DNA of 53,297 bases, from positions 1-53,297 of the forward strand of contig CAZERV010000004.1 in NCBI GenBank assembly GCA_964514815.1. The letters run 5' to 3'. Shown one piece after another: positions 35,376-43,900 of the stretch. The notes beneath the pieces are model-generated. The model was not told where the DNA came from and ran no database searches. It saw only the letters and a program-made list of their open reading frames with translations. The translations under genes and the position numbers were made by a program. The stretch is from an uncultured Spirochaetaceae bacterium (GTDB taxonomy: Bacteria; Spirochaetota; Spirochaetia; SZUA-6; DRHE01). Every line of letters starts with the position of its first letter. Within the stretch, counting starts at the first letter, position 1.

Positions 35376-35434
35376 CCTTAGTACCCTTCAGGGTGCCTTA
35401 GTACCCTTCAGGGTGCCTTAGTACCCTTCAGGGT
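35376..35434. repeat. Three tandem 20-bp direct repeats
   Basis: CCTTAGTACCCTTCAGGGTG x3 (the last copy ends in A). Each unit contains the inverted repeat ACCCT-TC-AGGGT. The array starts 1 nt beyond the -35 of the minus-strand promoter. Confidence 0.9.
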
Positions 35435-35471
35435 ATTTAGAATATTATTTATTTGACTGCTTTATTAATCC

Positions 35472-35559
35472 ATGCAATACCGCTCAAAAATCTTGATTTT
35501 TTAACAAGATTTTTGTAAAATTACAATCGGAGTCCATTGCGGTCGAAGACTGCAATGGG
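35472..35559 (+). repeat. Two-hairpin repeat element, copy B
   Basis: It has the same two conserved modules as 20940-21053. Hairpin 1 lies at 35486-35514 (10-bp stem). Hairpin 2 lies at 35534-35558 (11-bp stem with one G-T pair, GAA loop). It ends about 63 nt upstream of the first hdrA-like gene. Confidence 0.7.
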
Positions 35560-35621
35560 TTAGATTAGGAGTGTAAGTACCTGTACAATAGAAAGAAATT
35601 AATATAAAATTGCAGGTGATC

Positions 35622-36815
35622 ATGAGTAGATTTCTGGTAATTGGAGCCGGCATCAGCGGCTGCACGGCCGGATTAGAGCTCGCCCGGCTGGGAAACGAGG
35701 TGGAAATTCTCGAGGCTGAAAGCATCATAGGAGGCAAAGTGCTCTCCTACTGCTGCAAGGCGACAAAAGACTGCAGTAAATGCGGAGTTTGTGTGGCCTA
35801 TACTCAGATTCGCGACTCCATTCAGCACAAGCAAATCCATTTTACCCAGGGCGCCGCCCTCAAATCGGTTGACATGGACGGCAGGAAAATAGCTGCCCGG
35901 ATCGCCCGCTCAAATCCCGGCCTGGATTATACAAAATGCGTGAGCTGCGACGCCTGTCTAAAAGTCTGCCCGAACCGGGCTATCTCAAAATATTCCAGGG
36001 CGGAGCTCGTTCAATACCGAATAGACTATTCAGCCTGCCTCATCCACCAGGGAAAGGCTTGTAAGGCCTGCGAGGAGGCCTGTCCTTCCGGGGCGATCTT
36101 CTGCGGAAGCGGGGAAAGGGAGAGTGAAGTTACCGTCACCGCCGACGGAGTCCTGATTACCAGCGGGCATGACCCATACGATGCGGCTAAAAAGATCCGC
36201 TTCGGCTACGGCCGGGTCCGGAATGTCATGACCGGGCTCGAAGTGGAGGAGATGCTGAGCAGCCGGACATCTCTGGAAGATTCCCCGGACAACATCGCCT
36301 TCATCCAGTGTGTCGGCTCCCGGGACCCACAAGAGGGAAGAAACTACTGTTCAGGCGTCTGCTGCGCCTACGCCGTTCGTCTGGCCCGGGTCCTGAAATC
36401 GAGGGACCCGGATATGCAGATTACGGTCTATTACATAGACCTCCAGAATTTCGATAAGACCTTTACCTGCCTACGCGAGGAGCTTGATAAGAGCGGAATT
36501 CACTTTGTCCGCGCCATTCCCTTCAGCATTGAAGAGTCCGCCGGCGGAAGACTTAAGCTGTTAATCGAAAATATGGACGGGGAAGATTCTATCGTTCTGC
36601 ATGATGCGGTGGTCCTATCCGTGGGACTGGGACCTGCTGCAGGCTCGGAAAGACTGGCCGGCCTATTTGGGCTCGGGCGCGATGAGTTCGGATTCTTCTC
36701 TTCCGAAAAGGAGAATGTTTTTGTGAGCGGCACCTGTAAAGAGCCGCAGAGCATTCCGGAATGTATGGCTTCAGCGCGGGCGACTGCCCTGGAAATGGGG
36801 AAAATAGGCTCATGA
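35622..36815 (+). CDS. HdrA-like / QmoA-like FAD and Fe-S flavoprotein
   Basis: The N-terminus carries the FAD fold LVIGAGISGCTAGLELA...GGK. It also has ferredoxin-type CxxCxxC motifs and the HdrA signature FIQCVGSRD...YCSGVCC. Confidence 0.8.
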   Translation: MSRFLVIGAGISGCTAGLELARLGNEVEILEAESIIGGKVLSYCCKATKDCSKCGVCVAYTQIRDSIQHKQIHFTQGAALKSVDMDGRKIAARIARSNPGLDYTKCVSCDACLKVCPNRAISKYSRAELVQYRIDYSACLIHQGKACKACEEACPSGAIFCGSGERESEVTVTADGVLITSGHDPYDAAKKIRFGYGRVRNVMTGLEVEEMLSSRTSLEDSPDNIAFIQCVGSRDPQEGRNYCSGVCCAYAVRLARVLKSRDPDMQITVYYIDLQNFDKTFTCLREELDKSGIHFVRAIPFSIEESAGGRLKLLIENMDGEDSIVLHDAVVLSVGLGPAAGSERLAGLFGLGRDEFGFFSSEKENVFVSGTCKEPQSIPECMASARATALEMGKIGS

Positions 36816-38473
36816 AGGAAACTTTAGAAAACATAGGCGTCTTTACCTGTGATTGCGGCGGAACTCTGTTTTCCCAGGCGGAGGCAAAAGAAATCGCCGC
36901 CGGAATTAAAGACGAAGGGAAAGCCTTTGAGAACTTTTTCCATCTCTCGATCCTCTGCAGCGAAGACGGATTGGAGCATCTTTCCCGGTCGGTTCGGGAA
37001 AGAGGAATAAAAAAATTGGTCTTTGCCGGCTGCTCACCGGTTCGCAATCGAAATCTAATGGATGCGCTGGCCAAAGAAACCGGCCTCACCCACGGCGCGG
37101 TTTACGGGATAAATATCCGGGGAAAGTCCGCCGGCCAGGCGGTCAGCGCCATTAACAGGGCGGTGAAGGCTCTCTCGCTGATCCCTGTTTTCCAGACCAA
37201 AAACGTTCCCCTGGCCGGAAGCGTCCTGGTAGTCGGCGGAGGGATAGCGGGAATGCAGGCCGCCCGGGAGATCAGCGCCCTGGGACATGACACGGTTCTT
37301 ATTGAACGGAGCAACAGGATGGGCGGGCAAATACCCGGCCTGTTTAAGAGCACCGGCGGTGATTTTAGCGGCGCACATTCCGGCCTCCTGGCAGAGGTGT
37401 TTCCTGAAGGGATGATGGTGCAGGAGGCTCTCCAAAAGGCTCTCCCGGGGGTAAAGATTCACACCGGATCTTACCTTAAAGAACTGGCCGGCCAGGTCGG
37501 CTCGTTTAAAGCCAAAGTGCAGGCGCCTGACGGGGAAGTGAGGCTTACCTGCGGCGCGGTTGTGCTCGCCCCGGGAGCCGGGGGAAAACCGGAAAAGGGA
37601 AGCGCGGGCGGGCCGGACGGCAGTTTGTTTGAACATGATTCCATAGTTCCCATGTCCGACCTGAAAGCGTTCGCCTCCGGCCCGAAGGGGAGGACCCGGA
37701 TCCGGGAGGTGGGCATTATCCTGGATCTCAATATCGATGAGACAAAGGCCGGCACCGAAGCGGCGCTCCTCCTGGCCAGGAGCCTCCAGCAGAGAGACCG
37801 CCGGCAGGTGCATCTCTTCTGCCGGGATATGCGGGTTGCGGCCTCCGGGCTGGAGAAGCTCTACGCTGAAGTCAGGGAAGCCGGGGTAAATATCGCAAAG
37901 TTTGCAGGAAAACTCGAGTTGGCCGCGGGCGTTGAAGGAGTCTCGATTACCTACCGGGATTCGATTCTGGGCCTGGATATGACCCTGAACTGCGACCTGG
38001 TCGGGATAAGCCCCCGGGGGCTAAGCGCGGCGGCGGATTCTGATCTGGCCCGGCTTACCGGGGTATCGACTGATGAGCTCGGCCAACTGCAGGACAACAA
38101 TATTCATCTCTTTCCCGAGCAAACGAACCGCCCGGGAATATTCGTGGTCGGCGCCTGCCGCGGCCGGCACTACCTCCCCCAGGTCATCGAGGAGGCCGGG
38201 GCCGCCGCTTTAGCGGTCCATGCCCTGCTTTCCGAGGAGTCTTTAGAGGTCGAGCTTTCAGGCGCGCTGGTGGACCCGGATAAGTGCATCCTCTGCCTGA
38301 CCTGCATCAGGAGCTGCCCGTTCAAGGCCATGCAGATAGATAGAGAGAATGGGGCGGCGGTAAGTTCGCCTGAGGCGTGTCAGAAATGCGGAATTTGTGC
38401 GGGAGAGTGTCCTGCCAGGGCGATAGAGCTGCCGGTCTATTCCGACCGGGTGCTCTTAAGCCAGCTTGAGTAA
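36812..38473 (+). CDS. HdrA-like flavoprotein with C-terminal 2x[4Fe-4S] domain
   Basis: The start is set at the ATG overlapping the upstream stop (ATGA). It has an N-terminal GVFTCDCGG domain, the FAD fold VLVVGGGIAGMQAA, and the C-terminal motifs CILCLTCIRSCP and CQKCGICAGECP. Confidence 0.8.
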   Translation: MKETLENIGVFTCDCGGTLFSQAEAKEIAAGIKDEGKAFENFFHLSILCSEDGLEHLSRSVRERGIKKLVFAGCSPVRNRNLMDALAKETGLTHGAVYGINIRGKSAGQAVSAINRAVKALSLIPVFQTKNVPLAGSVLVVGGGIAGMQAAREISALGHDTVLIERSNRMGGQIPGLFKSTGGDFSGAHSGLLAEVFPEGMMVQEALQKALPGVKIHTGSYLKELAGQVGSFKAKVQAPDGEVRLTCGAVVLAPGAGGKPEKGSAGGPDGSLFEHDSIVPMSDLKAFASGPKGRTRIREVGIILDLNIDETKAGTEAALLLARSLQQRDRRQVHLFCRDMRVAASGLEKLYAEVREAGVNIAKFAGKLELAAGVEGVSITYRDSILGLDMTLNCDLVGISPRGLSAAADSDLARLTGVSTDELGQLQDNNIHLFPEQTNRPGIFVVGACRGRHYLPQVIEEAGAAALAVHALLSEESLEVELSGALVDPDKCILCLTCIRSCPFKAMQIDRENGAAVSSPEACQKCGICAGECPARAIELPVYSDRVLLSQLE

Positions 38474-38486
38474 AGCCGGGATAAGG

Positions 38487-38867
38487 ATGATGGCGGAAAA
38501 TAAGAAGATCGTTGCTTTCTGCTGCGAGAACTCGGGGCTCCTGGCCGCGGATGCGGTCGAGGATGAATCGATACTCGAACTTGTAGAGATCGTGCGCCTG
38601 CCCTGTTCGGGAAAAATAGAGATCGGGCTCATCTTGAAATGCCTGGAAAACGATTACCCCGGGGTCCTCGTCCTGGGCTGCCCGGTGGATAACTGCAAGT
38701 ATCTGACCGGTAATGTCCGGGCCGGGAAGAGGATCGAAATGGTAAAAATGGCGCTGCGGAACGCCGGAGTCGATGAAAACAGGGTCCATCTGGACTTCAT
38801 CTCCTCCCTGGACTCCCATAAGTTCGCAGCAATTGTGAGAGAGATGGAAGAAAGGAGAGAACATTGA
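38487..38867 (+). CDS. mvhD: MvhD/FlpD-like subunit (methyl-viologen-reducing hydrogenase delta family)
   Basis: It has IVAFCCENSG, VRLPCSGKI and LVLGCPVDNCKY motifs. The start is uncertain (ATG 38487/38490 or TTG 38466). Confidence 0.8.
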   Translation: MMAENKKIVAFCCENSGLLAADAVEDESILELVEIVRLPCSGKIEIGLILKCLENDYPGVLVLGCPVDNCKYLTGNVRAGKRIEMVKMALRNAGVDENRVHLDFISSLDSHKFAAIVREMEERREH

Positions 38868-39535
38868 TTACGGCTGTTCAAAAACCGTTTGCCGAAATAA
38901 GCGAAATGGTGAAGGGTTATAATAAGCTGCTCATCCTGGGCTGCGGGTCCTGTGTCACCGTGTGCATGGCCGGCGGAGAAAAGGAAGTGGGCATCCTGGC
39001 CTCCACCCTGAGGCTGGCCAACAAGGAGAATAATATTTCCATGGAAATCAGGGAAGATACCATCGAGAGGCAGTGTGACCGGGAATTTTTCGACGCCGTG
39101 CGTGATAATATCCAATGGACCGAGGCAGTGCTCTCCATGGCCTGCGGGGTCGGTGTGCAGTTCTGCAGTGAGGTGTTCGAAGGAAAGATGGTGCTCCCGG
39201 CCCTCGATACCCGCTTCTATGGAGCGACGGATCAGCAGGGCATCTGGTCGGAGCGCTGCGCCGGCTGCGGAAGCTGCGTGCTCGCTAAGTTCGGCGGCAT
39301 CTGCCCGGTCGCCAGGTGCTCGAAAAGCCTCTTGAACGGGCCCTGCGGGGGCTCCCAGGACGGTAAGTGCGAGGTCGATCCGGAAAATATCGACTGCGGC
39401 TGGCAGCTTATCTTTGACAGGATGAAGGCTTTAGGGCTCCTTGACCGGCTGGAGGAGAACGAGCCGATTAAGGACTGGAGCACCGGCCGCGACGGCGGTC
39501 CAGGGAAAATCATAAGGGAAGACATGGTCCTATGA
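38864..39535 (+). CDS. metV: MetV (Cys-rich small subunit of acetogen-type methylene-THF reductase)
   Basis: 223 aa with LGCGSCVTVC and CAGCGSCVLAKFGGICPVARCSKSLLNGPCGG motifs. It uses a TTG start after AAAGGAGAG, and its stop overlaps the metF start. Confidence 0.8.
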   Translation: MITAVQKPFAEISEMVKGYNKLLILGCGSCVTVCMAGGEKEVGILASTLRLANKENNISMEIREDTIERQCDREFFDAVRDNIQWTEAVLSMACGVGVQFCSEVFEGKMVLPALDTRFYGATDQQGIWSERCAGCGSCVLAKFGGICPVARCSKSLLNGPCGGSQDGKCEVDPENIDCGWQLIFDRMKALGLLDRLEENEPIKDWSTGRDGGPGKIIREDMVL

Positions 39536-40479
39536 ACGAGTTGAAATCAGGAAGCAATTTGGAGAGGGTTTTTGCCTCGGGTCATTTTGCGGTCACCGCC
39601 GAGCTCGGCCCGCCGAAGAGCGCGGATTTGGAAGTAATCCGGAAAAAGGCGGGCTATCTGAAGGGCATGGTCGATGCCGTAAATATCACGGACAATCAAA
39701 CGGCCATCGTACGCATGTCCTCGATCGCCGCCGGGGCCCTGGTGCTCCGGGAGGGTCTGGAGCCGGTAATCCAGATAACCTGCCGGGACCGGAACCGGAT
39801 CGCGATCCAGAGCGATGTCCTGGGCGCCTATGCCCTGGGGTTGAAGAACATCCTCTGCCTTACCGGCGATCACCAGAAGTTCGGCAACCACGGCACCTGC
39901 AAGAATGTCTTCGATCTTGACTCCATCCAGCTTATATATGCCTTGAAGACGATGAGAGATGAGAAGCTGTTCATCTGCGGTGATGAAATAAAGAACAGCA
40001 AGAATGCCCCGGTTGTGGAGCCCAGGATATTCATCGGGGCCGCGGCGAATCCCTTCGGCGACCCTTTCGAGTTCCGGGTGATCAGGCTGGCCAAGAAGGT
40101 GAAAGCCGGGGTCGATTTTATCCAGACCCAGTGCGTCTACGATATGGAGCGGTTTGAGGAGTGGATGAAACAGGTCAGGGCCAGGGGACTCCACAAAGAG
40201 GTAAAGATCATGGCGGGACTGACGCCCCTGAAGTCCGTCGGAATGGCCAGGTATATGCGGGACAGCGTGGCGGGCTTAAGCGTTCCTGATTATTATATCG
40301 ACCGCCTGGCCAGGGCGGAAAATGCGGCCGCAGAGGGGATAAAGATCTGTGTGGAGCAGATCAAGCGCCTTAAGGAGATGGAAGGTATCGCCGGGATCCA
40401 CCTGATGGCCATCGAATGGGAAAAGAGAGTCCCGGAAATCGTCGAGGCGGCCGGACTTCTCCCGCGCCCGCCGGTCTGA
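39532..40479 (+). CDS. metF: 5,10-methylenetetrahydrofolate reductase
   Basis: 315 aa with typical MTHFR TIM-barrel family blocks (FAVTAELGPPKS, VNITDNQTA, CLTGDH). Confidence 0.9.
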   Translation: MNELKSGSNLERVFASGHFAVTAELGPPKSADLEVIRKKAGYLKGMVDAVNITDNQTAIVRMSSIAAGALVLREGLEPVIQITCRDRNRIAIQSDVLGAYALGLKNILCLTGDHQKFGNHGTCKNVFDLDSIQLIYALKTMRDEKLFICGDEIKNSKNAPVVEPRIFIGAAANPFGDPFEFRVIRLAKKVKAGVDFIQTQCVYDMERFEEWMKQVRARGLHKEVKIMAGLTPLKSVGMARYMRDSVAGLSVPDYYIDRLARAENAAAEGIKICVEQIKRLKEMEGIAGIHLMAIEWEKRVPEIVEAAGLLPRPPV

Positions 40480-40496
40480 AAGCGGAGGTGAATAGT

Positions 40497-40979
40497 ATGG
40501 AAAAGATACTTATCGATAATAAGCTCGATGCAAACTTCAAGTATGAGATCGCGGGCAAGCCCGGTGGGGAGAACATCAAGAAATGCTTTGCCTGCGGCAC
40601 CTGCACAGCCGGCTGCCCGGTCTTTCATGTGGAGCACGGTTACAATCCTCGCAAGATTATCAGAATGATCCTTTTAGGCCTCAGGGAGAGGGTCATAAGC
40701 TCCAAAACGATCTGGTTCTGCTCTCAATGCTACACCTGCTCCGCCAACTGCCCCCAGGATGTGGATTTCTCCGACATCATGTTTTCACTCCGGGACCTGG
40801 CGGTCAAAGAAGGCTATGCTCCTCCGGATCTGCTGGAAAAGGTCGAGCAGATCAGCACCGCGGCCCATGAGTTCCGGAGGGACTGCCTCAACATTCTCCT
40901 GGGGCTGGGGAATGTTTCCCAGGAGCAGGTCCGGGAGAACGTAAAGAAGGCGCTCCGGCAGATCAAAGGAGACGGATAA
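40497..40979 (+). CDS. hdrC: HdrC-like 2x[4Fe-4S] subunit
   Basis: The start is set at the ATG after GGAGGTG. It has CFACGTCTAGCP and CSQCYTCSANCP with HdrC-type spacing. Confidence 0.75.
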   Translation: MEKILIDNKLDANFKYEIAGKPGGENIKKCFACGTCTAGCPVFHVEHGYNPRKIIRMILLGLRERVISSKTIWFCSQCYTCSANCPQDVDFSDIMFSLRDLAVKEGYAPPDLLEKVEQISTAAHEFRRDCLNILLGLGNVSQEQVRENVKKALRQIKGDG

Positions 40980-40984
40980 GAGGC

Positions 40985-43900
40985 ATGGCTGAAAACACAC
41001 GGAACGGAAAAATCGGCTCGGTAATGGTGATCGGGGCGGGAATCGCCGGCATCCAGGCTTCCCTCGACCTGGCCGACAGCGGGTATAAGGTTAGCCTGGT
41101 GGAGAAGTCGCCGACCATCGGGGGAATAATGACCCAGCTCGACAAGACCTTTCCCACCAATGACTGCTCGATGTGTATCGTCTCGCCGAAGCTGGTTGAC
41201 TGCGCCCGCCATATCAACATCGACCTTTACCCCTTGTCCGAAGTCGAAGAAGTCTCCGGGGAGCCGGGAAACTTCAAGGCCAGGATCAAGGTGCGGACCC
41301 GCTATATCGATGAGTCGAAATGCTCGGGCTGCGGGGAGTGCGAAAAGGTGTGCCCCGTGGTCCGTCTGAGCGAATTTGACCTGGGCCTGGCCACGAGAAA
41401 AGCCGTTTACCGGCCCTTACCGCAGGCCACCCCCAATGTCTTTACCATAGAAAAGAAAGAAATCTCTCCCTGCACCGCCGCCTGCCCGGCGGGATGTAAT
41501 GCCCACGGTTACGTGGCCCTGATCAGGGAAAGGAAGTTCAAGGAAGCGATTGAACTGATCAGGGAGAGAATTCCCCTGCCGGCTATCTGCGGCCGGGTCT
41601 GCGGGTTCTGCGAAGATGAATGCAACCGGGCAAATGTCGACGAAGCGATCAGCATCAGAGCCCTGAAGAGATTTGCCGCCGACTACGAGATGACGATCAA
41701 GGACTCTGAAGAGGCCCGGGAAGAATCCCGGCTTGAAAAAGTATCTGAAGCCGCAGCTCCGGCCGAGCCGGCTCCTGAGGCGGATTCCAGGGTCGATCCG
41801 GCCGGCGAAAAGAAGAAAGTCGCCATCATAGGCTCCGGCCCGGCCGGGCTGACGGCGGCCTATGACCTGGCTAAACAGGGCTTTGCGCCGGTGATCTTTG
41901 AGGCGCTTCCTGAACCGGGAGGAATGCTGCGGTACGGCATCCCGGCCTACCGGCTGCCGGACGATATCCTGGATCATGAAATCGAGGTCATCAAAAAGAC
42001 CGGGGTGGAAATAAAAACCGGCTCCCCCCTTGGGCCCGAGCTGACCCTAAAGGCTCTCTTCAAACAAGGCTTTAAGGCGATCTTTATCGCCATCGGCACC
42101 CATAAGAGTCGGGCTTTGAGAACCGAAGGGGAGGACCTGAAAGGCGTCATCCCCGGAGTGGATTTTCTCAGGGCAGTGAACAGCGAAAAAGCGCCTTCGG
42201 CTGTAAAAGGCAAGACAGTGGCCGTCATCGGGGGCGGCAACACTGCGATCGATGCGGTCAGATCCGCTTTGAGGCTGGGAGCCCGGGACGCCTTTATCGT
42301 TTACCGGCGCTCCAGGGACCAGATGCCGGTCAGCATCGAGGAGCTGGAAGCAGCCGAAGAAGAAGGGATAAGGCTCAATTTTCTTCTAGCTCCGCTAAGG
42401 ATTGAAGGAAGCGGCGGCCGGGTTTCCCGGCTCGTGTGCAGCCGGATGCGGCTGGGATCGCCCGATGCTTCGGGCCGGCGCCGCCCGGTCCCGATTGAGG
42501 GGGAGGCTAAAGCCTTCGCCGTGGACATAGTCATCCCGGCGCTCGGCCAGACGGTTGACTACTCTCTATTAAACTCAGGCGTCGGCGATCTTGCCACGGA
42601 AAAAGATTTGATAAAGATCGATCCGGTCAGCCTGGAGACGAATATCCCGGGAGTATTCGCCGGCGGAGATGCGGCGGGAAGCGGCGGCTTTGTCGTTCAT
42701 GCCATTGCCCACGGCCATAAGGCGGCGGTCTCCATCGAGCGTTGTCTTCGCGGTGAGAACCTGCATAAAGACCGGGAGGAAGCTCCAATTCACACCGCCG
42801 AAATGCCCGAGCATCCGGAGCGGAAAAAGCCGGCCGTGGAAATACCCCTGCTCAAGGCGAAAGAGAGGACCGGGAGCTTTGCGGAAATGGAGCTGGGATT
42901 CACCGAAGAGCAGGCGGTGGAGGAGGCGAAACGCTGCCTGGACTGCGGCATCTGCTGCCGGTGCTTGCAGTGTGTGGCCGCCTGTGAGGCCAAGGCCATT
43001 GATCACGACCTGGAGGATAAAATTGTAGAGCTGAATGTCGGCTCGATCCTGTTTTCCCCGGGATGCGAGCCGGCCGACCTCTCCAGGCTGCACCGGCTAG
43101 GTTACGGCAAATACGGGGACATGATCACCAGCCTGCAATTTGAGCGGATCCTCTCCGCTTCCGGTCCCTATTCCGGCCACATACAGCGGCCTTCGGACGG
43201 AAAGGAGCCGAAAAGGATCGCCTTTATCCAGTGCGCCGGTTCCAGGGACAATGTGAACGATTACTGTTCCTCCGTCTGCTGCATGTATGCCTTGAAAGAG
43301 GCGATCATCGCCAGGGAGCATGACGAGGAAATCCATTGCGAAATCTTTTTCATGGATATCCGGGCTTATGGTAAGGGGTTCGACGCCTATTACGAGCGCG
43401 CCAAAGACCTGGGCATCGGCTTTATCCACTGCCGGCCGGCGGAGATTGAAGCTAAAGAGGTAGATGGCAGCCTCAGGATAGGATATGTCGACGAGGAGAG
43501 TATTTATCAGACCATGGAGTTCGACCTGGTGGTCCTGTCCGCCGGTTTCGAGCCTCCTTCGGGATCGAAGGACCTGGCGCGTAAGCTTGGCATTTCCCTG
43601 GACGATAATGGTTTTGCACTGACTAAGCCGCTCGATGCGGTGGCTTCAACCAGGGAAGGGATCTTTGTGCTGGGACCGTTCTCAGAACCGAAGGACATTC
43701 CGGAAACGGTCACGGAAGCTTCCAGCGCCTCGGCCTGTGCCATGGCCTACCTGGCCGAATCGCGGGGAACGGAGGTAAGAGAGCTCGAGCTCCCCCCGGA
43801 AAGGGATGTGGCGGGCGAGCCGCCCCGCATAGGAGTGTTTGTCTGCCACTGCGGGAAGAACATCGGCGGGATCGTGAACGTGCCTGCCGTGGCCGAGTAT

